A DNA stretch of 61,361 nucleotides, from positions 1 through 61,361 of the forward strand of contig DASUJB010000063.1 in NCBI GenBank assembly GCA_036279475.1. The letters run 5' to 3'. Every line of letters begins with the position of its first letter. The first letter of the stretch is position 1. The notes under the pieces are model-generated. The model was not told the DNA's origin. It did no database searches and saw nothing but the letters and a program-made list of their open reading frames with translations. Source of the DNA: Acidimicrobiales bacterium (lineage in GTDB: Bacteria; Actinomycetota; Acidimicrobiia; Acidimicrobiales; VFJN01). Shown one piece after another: positions 19,464 to 30,450 of this stretch. A program made the translations under genes and the position numbers.

Positions 19464-20863
19464 TGGCAGCGTCGACGGTCGCCGCCGGACCGTCGCTCGA
19501 GGTCCTGCGGGACGGCCTGCGTCGCCTGGGGCGGGTGGTGGTCGCCTTCTCCGGCGGTGCCGACTCGGCCTTCCTGGCCTGGGTGGCCCACGACACGCTC
19601 GGTCCGGACCGGGCGTTGGCGGTCACCGCCGTGTCGCCGTCCCTGGCGGGGGCGGAGCGTGCCGACTGCGCCGCGCTCGCCGGAGAGTGGGGCCTGAACT
19701 GGCGTGAGGTCCCCACCGACGAGATGGACCGGGCGGCGTACGTCCGCAACGACGGCGACCGCTGCTACTGGTGCAAGGAGGCCCTGCTGCGGGCCCTGGG
19801 ACCGCTGGTGGAGGTGGCCGCCGCCGCGGGCGGGCCGGGCGCCCCCGGTGCGGTCACCGTCGTCCTGGGGGTGAACGTCGACGACCTCGGCGACCATCGC
19901 CCGGGCCAGAGGGCCGCGGCCGAGCGTGGGGCCTGCTTCCCCCTGGTCGACGCCGGCTTCACCAAGGCCGACGTGCGGGCCTGGTCCCGGCACCTGGGCC
20001 TGCGCACCTGGGACAAGCCGGCGGCGGCGTGCCTGGCCTCGCGGCTGCCGTACGGGACCTCCGTGACCCTGGGCCGCCTGCGGGCGGTGGAGCGGGCCGA
20101 GGCCGGGCTCCACGCCCTCGGGTTCCCGGCCGTGCGCGTCCGCCACCAGGGCGACACGGCTCGGGTCGAGGTGCCGCTCGACCGCCTCCCCGAGGCCGTG
20201 GCCCGACGGGCGGACGTGGTGGCGGCCGTGCGCGACGGCGGCTACCGCTACGTCACCCTCGACCTGGAGGGCCTCCGCTCTGGCAACCTGAACGCGGCCC
20301 TGGACCCCTCTCCCGGCGGTCCGGGTGGGGCGGCGGCACGGCAGGCTGGGGACGTGCCCGATCGACCCGGCGGCGACGTCGCCCCCGACGACCCGGCCGA
20401 CGCCGAGGCGCTGGCCCGCTACGCCGCCGCCCTCGGCGACGCCATCGAGGCGGCCGTCCCGGGATGGGTGGAGCGCATCGTCCGGCGGGTCCTCGCCGAC
20501 CAGGGGATCCGCGTGGACCCCGCCCTGGACGCCGTGGTGGCTGCCGCCGCCGACGCCGCCCGCGACGACGCCGTGCCCCGCGTCCGCGCCCTGCTGGCCA
20601 CCGACGTCGACCGCCAGGCCGGGACCCCCCTGTCCGTGCTGCGCAGCGTCGTCGTGCACCCCACCGCCGTCCTGCGGGCGGCGGGGGCCCGGCCCGTCCC
20701 CCGCGACGACGTCGCCGCCCGGCAGTTCCCCGAGGACGTGTACGACCTGGTGCCCGCGTCCTTCGCCGACGTCGATCCCGCCCTCCACGAGCCGGGGCTG
20801 GTGTGGGGGGCGGCCAAGGCCCACGTCCACCTGGCCCGCCGTCGCCGCGAGGGGCGCCGCTGA
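19463..20863 (+). CDS. larE: LarE-like PP-loop ATPase (ATP-dependent sulfur transferase family) fused to a ~190-aa uncharacterized C-terminal domain
   Basis: The ATG overlaps the alaX stop (TGATG). PP-loop VAFSGGADSAFLA, CYWCK and a LarE-like core cover about 270 aa. After a Pro/Gly linker there is an Ala/Asp/Arg-rich helical region I do not recognise. Confidence 0.65.
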   Translation: MAASTVAAGPSLEVLRDGLRRLGRVVVAFSGGADSAFLAWVAHDTLGPDRALAVTAVSPSLAGAERADCAALAGEWGLNWREVPTDEMDRAAYVRNDGDRCYWCKEALLRALGPLVEVAAAAGGPGAPGAVTVVLGVNVDDLGDHRPGQRAAAERGACFPLVDAGFTKADVRAWSRHLGLRTWDKPAAACLASRLPYGTSVTLGRLRAVERAEAGLHALGFPAVRVRHQGDTARVEVPLDRLPEAVARRADVVAAVRDGGYRYVTLDLEGLRSGNLNAALDPSPGGPGGAAARQAGDVPDRPGGDVAPDDPADAEALARYAAALGDAIEAAVPGWVERIVRRVLADQGIRVDPALDAVVAAAADAARDDAVPRVRALLATDVDRQAGTPLSVLRSVVVHPTAVLRAAGARPVPRDDVAARQFPEDVYDLVPASFADVDPALHEPGLVWGAAKAHVHLARRRREGRR

Positions 20864-20882
20864 GGCGCCGTAGCCTCGCCCC

Positions 20883-22262
20883 ATGAGGGAACGCCTCGTC
20901 GTCATCGGAGGGGACGCCGCCGGCATGAGCGCGGCCATGCAGGTGCGCCGCCGCCAGCCCGACCGGGAGATCGTCGTGCTGGAGCGTGGTCGCTGGACCA
21001 GCTACTCGGCATGTGGCATCCCCTACCTCGTGGGCGGGTCCGTGGGCGACGTCCACCAGCTGGTGGCCCGGAGCCCCGAGACGTTCCGCTCCGAGCACGA
21101 CATCGACGTCCGCCTCGGGCACGACGCCCGATCGCTCGACCTCGACGCCCGCACGGTGGAGGCCTGGGACGCCGTGGCCGGGCGGTCGGTCACCGTCGGC
21201 TTCGACGCCCTGCACGTGGCCACCGGCGCCCGCCCGCGGCGACCCGACGTGCCGGGGGCCGACGATCCCGCCGTGCACGGCGTGCAGACCCTCGACGACG
21301 CCGTGCGGCTCCAGGACCGGGTGCGGAGCGCTCGCCGGGTCGTGGTGGTGGGCGGCGGCTACATCGGCCTGGAGGTGGCCGAGGCCTTCGTGCGCCGGGG
21401 CCTGTCGGTCACGCTGGTCGAGGCGGCCGACCACCTCATGCCCACGCTCGACGGCGACGTGGCGGCGCCCCTCGTCGGAGCGCTGGAGGGCATGGGCGTC
21501 GAGGTGCGCCTGGGTGCGCCCCTCCAGGGCATCGAGGGGGGGACGGTGGTGGCGGGGGGTGACCGCCTGCCCGCCGACCTGGTGGTGCTGGGCCTGGGCG
21601 TGGTGCCCAACGCCGAGCTGGCCGCAGGGGCCGGGATCGCCGTGGGCGTGGCGGGTGCCGTGCGCGTCGACCGTCGCCAGCGGACGTCGGTCGGGGGGGT
21701 GTGGGCGGCGGGCGACTGCTGCGAGTCGCACCACCGGGTGGCGGGCGTGCCCGTGTACATCGCCCTGGGCACGGTGGCCAACAAGCAGGGGCGGGTGGCC
21801 GGTGTCAACATCGCCGGCGGCTACGCCACCTTCGGCGGCGCCCTGGGGACAGCCGTCACCAAGGTGTGCAGCGTGGAGATCGGGCGCACGGGGTTGTCCC
21901 TGGCCGAGTGCGACCGCTACGGGTTCTCCGCCGTCGAGGCCACCGTCGAGGGCGAGAGCCGGGCCCGCTACCTCCCCGACCGCCGCCGCATCCGGGTCAA
22001 GGCTCTGGCCGAGGTGGGGACCGGCCGGATGCTCGGCGGCCAGATCGTGGGCGAGGAGGGCACGGCCAAGCGGATCGACGTGCTCGCCACCGCCATCCAG
22101 GCGGGGCTGGCCGCCGCCGAGGTCGCCGAGCTGGACCTGGGCTACGCTCCCCCGTTCGGGCCGGTGTGGGACCCGGTCCACCTGGTGGCGCGACGCCTCG
22201 TCGACGCCCTGGGGGGCGTCGACCAGCGGGGAGGCGCCCCCGCCGCGGGGAGCGCCGGCTGA
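20883..22262 (+). CDS. FAD-dependent pyridine nucleotide-disulfide oxidoreductase (CoA-disulfide reductase / NADH oxidase family)
   Basis: 459 aa. VVIGGDAAGMSAA, single redox Cys in SYSACGIPY, second Rossmann motif VVVVGGGYIGLE. Confidence 0.8.
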   Translation: MRERLVVIGGDAAGMSAAMQVRRRQPDREIVVLERGRWTSYSACGIPYLVGGSVGDVHQLVARSPETFRSEHDIDVRLGHDARSLDLDARTVEAWDAVAGRSVTVGFDALHVATGARPRRPDVPGADDPAVHGVQTLDDAVRLQDRVRSARRVVVVGGGYIGLEVAEAFVRRGLSVTLVEAADHLMPTLDGDVAAPLVGALEGMGVEVRLGAPLQGIEGGTVVAGGDRLPADLVVLGLGVVPNAELAAGAGIAVGVAGAVRVDRRQRTSVGGVWAAGDCCESHHRVAGVPVYIALGTVANKQGRVAGVNIAGGYATFGGALGTAVTKVCSVEIGRTGLSLAECDRYGFSAVEATVEGESRARYLPDRRRIRVKALAEVGTGRMLGGQIVGEEGTAKRIDVLATAIQAGLAAAEVAELDLGYAPPFGPVWDPVHLVARRLVDALGGVDQRGGAPAAGSAG

Positions 22263-22281
22263 CCCCTCCTGTCCCCGTCAC

Positions 22282-23966
<1,685 letters not shown>

Positions 23967-24007
23967 CCGGTCGTCGACCGCTCCCGTGAACGGTCGATGA
24001 CATGTGC

Positions 24008-24045
24008 CCGCCGGCGCCCCTCCCTCCGGGGAGGGACGCCGGCGG
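24008..24045 (+). terminator. 17-bp-stem hairpin between glnK and glnD (attenuator/terminator candidate)
   Basis: ccgccggcgcccctccc-tccg-gggagggacgccggcgg has 16 of 17 positions paired and is followed by ctcgtt. Confidence 0.5.
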
Positions 24046-24078
24046 CTCGTTACCCTCGCCGCCCGAGGGAGGACAGCA

Positions 24079-26379
24079 GTGCGCATCACCGAGGTCCGAG
24101 CCCAGCTCGCCGCCGACGACTCGCTGGTCGGCCGGGCCCTGTGCGAGGCGTGGACGCGAGCGGTCGACGGCTGGCTCGAGGAGCTCCTCACCGTCGCCGT
24201 CGAGGGCACCGACCCCCGAGGGCTCGCCCTCGTGGCCGTCGGCGGCTACGGGAGGGCCGAGCTGTCCCTGCAGTCCGACATCGACGTGCTCCTGCTCCAC
24301 GCCGACCGCCCCGACATCGGGGAGCTCGCCGACAGGGTCTGGTACCCCATCTGGGACGCCCGCCTCAAGCTCGGGCACGCCGTGCGCACCGTGAAGGAGG
24401 CCCTGGCCCTGGCGGCCGACGACCTCGACACCGCCACCGGGCTGCTCCAGGTCCGCCACCTCGCCGGCGATCCGGCGCTCACCGGTGAGCTGGCCGCCAA
24501 GGCGGGCCTCCAGTGGCGCAAACGGTCGCGGCGGTGGCTGGCCGCCATGTCGGAGCGGGTGCGCCAGCGCCATGCCCACGCCGGTGAGGTGGCCTTCCTG
24601 CTGGAGCCCGACGTGAAGGAGGGTCGCGGCGGGCTGCGCGACGTGCAGGCCCTCCGCTGGGCCCAGGCCGCGGGTTCGATCCTGTGGGACACCGACCACG
24701 CCGCCCTCGACGCCGCCTACGAGGTGCTCCTCGCCGTCCGCGTGGAGCTGCACCGCCGCACCGGCCGGCCCGGCGACCGGGTCCTCCTCCAGGAGCAGGA
24801 CGCCATCGCCGACGCCCTCGGCCATCCCGACGCCGACTCGCTCATGCGAGCCGTGGCCCGGGCGGCCCGCACCGTCGCCTGGACCAGCGACGACGCCTGG
24901 CACCGCATCGACAGCTCGCTGGTGGGGCCCCTGGCCCGGGCCCGGCGCCCCCGACAGCTCGGCGGCGGCCTTCGCCTCCAGGACGGCGAGGTGGTGGTGG
25001 CGGACGACGTCGACGTGAGCGCCGACCCCGCCCTGCCGTTGCGGGCGGCGGCCATCGCCGCGGGCCGGAGGACGCAGCTCGACCGGGCGGCCCTGGCTCG
25101 CCTGGCGGCCGAGGCCCCGCCCCCACCCATCCCGTGGCCGGCCGAGGTGCGCTCCGCCCTCGTCGACCTCCTGCTGGCCGGACCGCCCGCCGTGCTGTTG
25201 CTCGAGGCGCTCGACCAGCAGGGCTTGTGGGAGCGGTACGTGCCGGAGTGGCCGAACGTGCGCAGCAAGCCGCAGCGCAACGCCTACCACACGTTCACCG
25301 TCGACCGGCACCTGTGGGAGGCGGCGGTGGGCGCAGCCGGGCTCGCCGGGCGGGTGGCGCGGCCGGACATGCTGGTGCTGGCGGCGCTGTTCCACGACAT
25401 CGGCAAGGGGATCCCCGGCGACCACACCGCCAACGGCGTGGCCCTTCTGGACGAGATCGGGCCGCGCATGGGGCTCGACGAGTCGGACGCCGGCGTGCTG
25501 CGGGCGCTGTGCCGCCACCACCTCCTCCTCGCCGACGTGGCCACGCGCCGGGACCTGGACGACCCGGCCACGATCGACGTGGTGGCGTCGGCCGTGGGCG
25601 ACCGGGACGTGCTGGGCCTGCTCGCCGCGCTCACCGAAGCGGACTCGCGTGCCACGGGCCCGGCGGCGTGGAGCGACTGGAAGGCGGGGCTCGTCCGGTC
25701 CCTCGTCGCCCGGGTCGACCACGTGCTGGGCGGTGGCCGTGCCGCCGACGTGGCCGGCACCTTCCCCACCGAGGAGCAGCAGGCGCTGCTGGCGGCGAGG
25801 CAGCAGCGCCTGGTGGCCGAGGGTGACCGGTTGACGGTGGTGGCGCTCGACCGCCCCGGGCTCTTCAGCCGGGTGACGGGCGTCCTCGCCCTGCACGGCC
25901 TCGGGGTGCTGGACGCGGCGGCCAGCGGTGCCGACGGCTGGGCCATCGAGGTCTTCCGGGTCGAGTCCAGCTTCGGTCCCACGTTCTCGTGGGACCCTGC
26001 CCTGGCCGACCTCGAGATGGCCCTCACCGGCCGCCTGGCCATCAGGGCGCGCCTGGCCGAGCGGGTGCGGACCTACGGCAGTCGTGGCCGCTTGCCGCTG
26101 CTCGGCGCGGCCGAGCCCGAGGTCCGCATCGACCTGGAGGCCTCGCCGGCGGCCACCGTGGTGGAGGTCCACGCCCGTGACCGGCTGGGGGTGCTGTACC
26201 GCATCACCAGCGCCTTGGCCGACCTCGACCTGGACATCGTGGGGGCCAAGGTCCAGACGATGGGGGCCCACGTGGTCGACTCGTTCTACGTGCGCACGGG
26301 GGGCGGGTCGAGGATCACCGACCCCGCGGTGCTGGCCGAGGTCGAGCGGGCGCTGCTCCACGCCCTCGACGACGGTTGA
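24079..26379 (+). CDS. glnD: [Protein-PII] uridylyl/adenylyl-transferase GlnD
   Basis: 766 aa from GTG 24079 (SD gagggagga upstream). Nucleotidyltransferase GGYGRAELSLQSDIDVLLLH, HD domain LFHDIGKG, two C-terminal ACT-like repeats. Confidence 0.85.
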   Translation: MRITEVRAQLAADDSLVGRALCEAWTRAVDGWLEELLTVAVEGTDPRGLALVAVGGYGRAELSLQSDIDVLLLHADRPDIGELADRVWYPIWDARLKLGHAVRTVKEALALAADDLDTATGLLQVRHLAGDPALTGELAAKAGLQWRKRSRRWLAAMSERVRQRHAHAGEVAFLLEPDVKEGRGGLRDVQALRWAQAAGSILWDTDHAALDAAYEVLLAVRVELHRRTGRPGDRVLLQEQDAIADALGHPDADSLMRAVARAARTVAWTSDDAWHRIDSSLVGPLARARRPRQLGGGLRLQDGEVVVADDVDVSADPALPLRAAAIAAGRRTQLDRAALARLAAEAPPPPIPWPAEVRSALVDLLLAGPPAVLLLEALDQQGLWERYVPEWPNVRSKPQRNAYHTFTVDRHLWEAAVGAAGLAGRVARPDMLVLAALFHDIGKGIPGDHTANGVALLDEIGPRMGLDESDAGVLRALCRHHLLLADVATRRDLDDPATIDVVASAVGDRDVLGLLAALTEADSRATGPAAWSDWKAGLVRSLVARVDHVLGGGRAADVAGTFPTEEQQALLAARQQRLVAEGDRLTVVALDRPGLFSRVTGVLALHGLGVLDAAASGADGWAIEVFRVESSFGPTFSWDPALADLEMALTGRLAIRARLAERVRTYGSRGRLPLLGAAEPEVRIDLEASPAATVVEVHARDRLGVLYRITSALADLDLDIVGAKVQTMGAHVVDSFYVRTGGGSRITDPAVLAEVERALLHALDDG

Positions 26380-26414
26380 GCCGGCCCCGGCCGGTCACCG
26401 GTAGGGTCGGCGAG

Positions 26415-27098
26415 GTGAGCCGCCGCCTCCCGCCCACTCGCCAGGACCTCGTCCGCTGGTCCGAGTCGCTGTCGGGCATCGCCCGCACCGGCCTGGGCTT
26501 CACCCGCAGCCTGTACGAGCGCGAGCGGTTCGAGGAGGTGCTGGCGGTGGCCGGTGACATCCGGGCTGCCGCCGAGGCCGAGGAGGGCTTCGACGCCGAG
26601 CACTTCGTCGAGGAGTGGATGAAGGGGGTCGGCGAGGGGGTCGCCGGCTACGTCACCCCCAAGGTGGCGGTGGGGGCCGTGGTGGCCAACGACGCCGGGG
26701 AGATCCTGCTCGTGCAGCGGGCGGACAGCGGGATCTGGCTCTACCCGACCGGTTGGGCCGACGTGGGCTACTCGGCCAGCGAGATCGCCGTGAAGGAGGT
26801 CAAGGAGGAGACCGGCATCGAGTGCGTGCCGGTGCGGCTCCTCGCCCTCCTCGACGGGCTGCGCCTCAACTTCACCCGGGTGCCGCTCTACAGCCTGGTG
26901 TTCCTGTGCCGGGCCACCGGGGGGCAGCTGTCGGCCCACCCCCTCGAGACCCGTGACGTCGGGTGGTTCCCCCGCGACGCCATGCCCGAGCCGCTGGCCG
27001 GAGCGGACCAGTGGCTGGCGCACGCGTCCCGGGCCATCGACGGTGAGGACGTGGACGTGCTGTACGACGAGCCCCGGGAGCACCCCTGGGCCGTCTAG
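26415..27098 (+). CDS. NUDIX hydrolase with NUDIX N-terminal domain
   Basis: Nudix box GWADVGYSASEIAVKEVKEETGIE. Start is uncertain: GTG 26415, or TTG 26376 overlapping the glnD stop. Confidence 0.75.
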   Translation: MSRRLPPTRQDLVRWSESLSGIARTGLGFTRSLYERERFEEVLAVAGDIRAAAEAEEGFDAEHFVEEWMKGVGEGVAGYVTPKVAVGAVVANDAGEILLVQRADSGIWLYPTGWADVGYSASEIAVKEVKEETGIECVPVRLLALLDGLRLNFTRVPLYSLVFLCRATGGQLSAHPLETRDVGWFPRDAMPEPLAGADQWLAHASRAIDGEDVDVLYDEPREHPWAV

Positions 27099-27141
27099 GA
27101 GCGGGCCGGCCCCGCCCCCGCCCACCCACGGCCCGTCGTGG

Positions 27142-27840
27142 TCACCCCGCCGGGTCGGGCGGTCGCACGGCCAGCCGGGCGTAGCTCCAGCAGGCGGTGC
27201 CCAGCATGAGCATCTTGGTGGCGTACCCCAGGACCGGGCTGCCGAACTTCTCCTGCTTGGTCCTGTGCCACAGGCCGGCGAGCACGCAGTCACGGCGGAC
27301 CAGGCCGCGCTGGGCGACCGACGTGTTGAGCGCGGCCTCCACTCGGTAGCCGCGGACGTCGGCGTCGTCGAGGTCGTCGAAGAGCTGGCGGCGGACGGCG
27401 CGCTGCCCGGTCAGGACCGGCAGCCGGTGCAGGAAGATGGGGTTGGCCACCGGCCCCCGGTCGAAGAGGCCGCACGCCATGTCGGCCCCCCCGTCGACCA
27501 CGGCGCGGACCAGCCGGTCGACGTGCTGGGGACGCAGGCCCACCAGGTCGGCGTCGAGGAAGACCACGACGTCGGCCGAGCCGGCCGCGGCCACGCCCCG
27601 TCGCATCGCCTCGCCCTTGCCCGGCACCGGCTCGTACACGACCTGGGCGCCGTGGGCGGCGGCGATGGCGGCCGTGCCGTCGGAGGAGGCGTTGTCCACC
27701 ACGACGACGTGATCGACGAGGTGGGCGTCGAGCGCGGCGTAGACGACCGCCCCGATCGTCACCGCCTCGTTCCAGGCAGGGATGACCGCGGCGACCCCTC
27801 CCGAGGACCGTGCGTCCCGGAGCTGCTCGCCCTGCACCAT
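27142..27840 (-). CDS. Glycosyltransferase family 2 protein
   Basis: 232 aa from ATG 27840 within ORF 27142..28464. AAVIPAWNEAVTIGAVV, VVVDNASSDGT, FLDADL (DXD). Confidence 0.75.
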   Translation of the reverse strand: MVQGEQLRDARSSGGVAAVIPAWNEAVTIGAVVYAALDAHLVDHVVVVDNASSDGTAAIAAAHGAQVVYEPVPGKGEAMRRGVAAAGSADVVVFLDADLVGLRPQHVDRLVRAVVDGGADMACGLFDRGPVANPIFLHRLPVLTGQRAVRRQLFDDLDDADVRGYRVEAALNTSVAQRGLVRRDCVLAGLWHRTKQEKFGSPVLGYATKMLMLGTACWSYARLAVRPPDPAG

Positions 27841-27950
27841 GCGGACGCTCAGACTACTTGTCGTGGGGCCACCTCCCGGCCACGGGGCGGCGGCGTGGGG
27901 CCGGGGACCCGGCCGTCCCTCCGGTGCCGGTACCGGCCCCGCCGTCGTGG

Positions 27951-28451
27951 TCAGGCGAGCGGCTTGGCGAACCAGAGGTCGGCGTGGGGGTTGGCGTTGT
28001 ACCGCCCGACCCGGCGGTAGCCCGCCGACTCGTAGAGGGCGACAGCCTCGAGGAGGGTGGCGTTCGTGTCGAGCACCGCCGTCGTGCGGCCGGCCGATCG
28101 GGCCTCGCCCTCCAGGCGCTGGAGCAGGCGCCGGCCGAGGTGCCGGCCCCGCTCGCCCTCGGCCACCCACATCCGCTTGATCTCGGCCGTGGTGGGGCTG
28201 AGGTAGGTGACCGCCCCGCAACCAACGGTGGCCCCCGCCTCCGTCGCCAGGACGAACGACCCCCGAGGCGGGTTGAAGCTCGCCGTCGCCGTGTCGATGG
28301 CGTCGTCCGCGGGGAAGCCTGCGGGAACGCGTCGGTCGAGCTCGGCGAAGTACCGCGACAACGCCGCTCGGGCCTCGGTCGAGCCTGCGTCGACGACGAG
28401 GAGCGAGACCGGCGGTCCCGGGGCGGGGGGTGGCGGCGGCCGTGGCACCAC
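27951..28451 (-). CDS. GNAT family N-acetyltransferase
   Basis: 166 aa. RMWVAEGERGRHLGRRLLQRLE acetyl-CoA-binding motif and ALYESAGYRRV. Confidence 0.8.
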   Translation of the reverse strand: MVPRPPPPPAPGPPVSLLVVDAGSTEARAALSRYFAELDRRVPAGFPADDAIDTATASFNPPRGSFVLATEAGATVGCGAVTYLSPTTAEIKRMWVAEGERGRHLGRRLLQRLEGEARSAGRTTAVLDTNATLLEAVALYESAGYRRVGRYNANPHADLWFAKPLA

Positions 28452-28485
28452 CCCATGCTGGCACCGGCGGTCGCTGCCGCCCGAG

Positions 28486-29895
28486 TCATCGGGGGATCAC
28501 GTCGCCGGCGATGACGGTGCAGGTCACGTGGCGCGAGGAGGGGTCCTCCAGCACGTGGGACAGCGGACCGTCGAGCAGCACCAGGTCGGCCGGCGCCCCC
28601 ACCTCCACCCGGCGCGGCGCGCCCCCGGGGTCGCCGGGAGGGGTGAGGAAGAGCGACAGCGCCCGCTCGGGCGAGACGGCCTCGCGGGCGCCGAGGGTCT
28701 GCCCCGAGGTCGTGCGGCGGTCGACGGCGGTGGCGATGTCGCGCCAGGGGTCCGGATGGCCGTAGGGGGCGTCGGTGGACCCGCCCACGGGGATCCCGGC
28801 CTCGATCAAGCTGCGGCAGGGGTAGAGGTGGGGCAGGTCGTCGGCGTCGACCTCCACCAGGTACCGATCCCCGCGCTCCTGCACGAAGCCGGGCTGGGTC
28901 ACGACGGTGAGGCCCTTGGCCGCCACCGCCGAGCGCAGGGCGGGCGGCACCACCGACCCGTGCTCGACGCGGTCGCCCGGCCGGGCCCCGGCCTCGTCCC
29001 AGGCGGCGAGGGCCAGCGCCAGGCCCACCCGCGACACGCAGTGCACCGCCACGGGCCGGCCGGCGTCGTGCGCCGCGCCGATCCACTCGACGAGGTCGTC
29101 CAGGGAGGGGAGGGAGTAGTCGGCCACCACCAGCTTCACCGGTCCCGTGAGGAGGGGTGTGGGCAGCCGTGTGGCCGCCAGCCGGGGGCCGCCGCTGGCG
29201 GTGACCCGTTGCGGCAACGAGCCGTCGAGGGCGGCGTCGACGAGGGGCGCCAGGTCCTCGACGTCGGCCACGGGGGTGAGGTCGGTCACCCCGGTCACCC
29301 CGTAGGCGGCCAGGCGCCGGCCCACCACCCCCAGGTCGGGTGGCGCCCGGGACGGCAGCCGGTCGCGCAGCCAGCGGTCCAGGCCGAGCAGGCGGCCGGT
29401 GAGCCGTCCCTCGCCGTCACGCTCGAGCCCGGCCACGTCGAGCGCCTCGTCGATGCCGGCGGAGGCCAACCCGGCGGAGTTCAGCACCCAGGCGACACCC
29501 GACCGGTGCTGCACCCGCACGGGCCGGTCGGCCACGACCGCGTCCAGCCGCCAGCGGTCGATGGGCCCGGCCACGGACTCGTGGTACCCGATGGCACGGA
29601 TCCACTCGCCCGGGGGGAGGCCCCGCCCGGCCTGGACGAGCGCCCCCCGGAACCCGTCGGCGTCGGCCACGTACGGGGGTCCGACGAGGGGTGACCGCTC
29701 GGCGGCCGCCAGGGCCAGCAGGTGGATGTGGTGGTCGTGGAGGCCGGGGATGAGGGCTCCTCGCCGCCCGTCGACCGCCTCGTCGCCGGGGCGCGCCGGC
29801 AGCCGGCGGCCGATCGCCACGATCGCGCCACCGCTGACCCGCACGTCGACGAGCCTGCCGTCGACGACGACCTCGCGCAGCACCAGGTCCGACAT
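28486..29895 (-). CDS. Amidohydrolase-family metallohydrolase (amidohydrolase_3-like)
   Basis: 469 aa from ATG 29895. PGLHDHHIHLL metal-binding motif, AVHCV, GGSTDAPY. Confidence 0.75.
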   Translation of the reverse strand: MSDLVLREVVVDGRLVDVRVSGGAIVAIGRRLPARPGDEAVDGRRGALIPGLHDHHIHLLALAAAERSPLVGPPYVADADGFRGALVQAGRGLPPGEWIRAIGYHESVAGPIDRWRLDAVVADRPVRVQHRSGVAWVLNSAGLASAGIDEALDVAGLERDGEGRLTGRLLGLDRWLRDRLPSRAPPDLGVVGRRLAAYGVTGVTDLTPVADVEDLAPLVDAALDGSLPQRVTASGGPRLAATRLPTPLLTGPVKLVVADYSLPSLDDLVEWIGAAHDAGRPVAVHCVSRVGLALALAAWDEAGARPGDRVEHGSVVPPALRSAVAAKGLTVVTQPGFVQERGDRYLVEVDADDLPHLYPCRSLIEAGIPVGGSTDAPYGHPDPWRDIATAVDRRTTSGQTLGAREAVSPERALSLFLTPPGDPGGAPRRVEVGAPADLVLLDGPLSHVLEDPSSRHVTCTVIAGDVIPR

Positions 29896-29996
29896 GAGCT
29901 TCCACCGGCGGGGAGCCAGGAGCTGCCCACCGCTGGAAGCGTAGGGGACGCGGCCCCGTCCCCGGCTGCCGCGACGGCGCGGGTGCCGGGCGGCGG

Positions 29997-30446
29997 CTAC
30001 GAGGTGCCGGCCCGGGCCCGGCGGCGCCGCCCCCGCCGCTCGGCCATGCCGTCGATGGCCAGCGCCGTGCCGATGGCCAGCAGCCACACGTCCTTGGCCA
30101 CGGGGATGCCCTGCTGGGTGGGTCGCAGGCTGCCCTCCTCCCGGAGGCCGGGCGCCTTCAGGTACAGCCGGCCCAGGAGGGCGGCGAACGTGGTGAGCGC
30201 CAGCCCGGCCACGGAGGTGGGCACGAGGGGAGCCAGGAGCAGGCTGCCCACGGCGATCTCACCGGTGGAGAGCATCGAGGCGAACCGCTCGGGCGGCATG
30301 GCCTCGAGCTCGGGGTACGCCGCGGTGGCGAACCCGTGCAGGCTCCTCGCCGTCTCCTCGTCGGCCGACTGCTTCTGCAGCCCGGAGTCGAGGATGTAGG
30401 CGCCCGTGGCGGCGCGCAGGGGGAGGTGCCAGAGCTTGAACGCCAT
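29997..30446 (-). CDS. Small membrane protein of unknown function
   Basis: 149 aa with about 3 hydrophobic helices. Its start lies 4 nt after the stop of the MurD2-like gene. I recognise no family. Confidence 0.55.
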   Translation of the reverse strand: MAFKLWHLPLRAATGAYILDSGLQKQSADEETARSLHGFATAAYPELEAMPPERFASMLSTGEIAVGSLLLAPLVPTSVAGLALTTFAALLGRLYLKAPGLREEGSLRPTQQGIPVAKDVWLLAIGTALAIDGMAERRGRRRRARAGTS

Positions 30447-30450
30447 GCGG

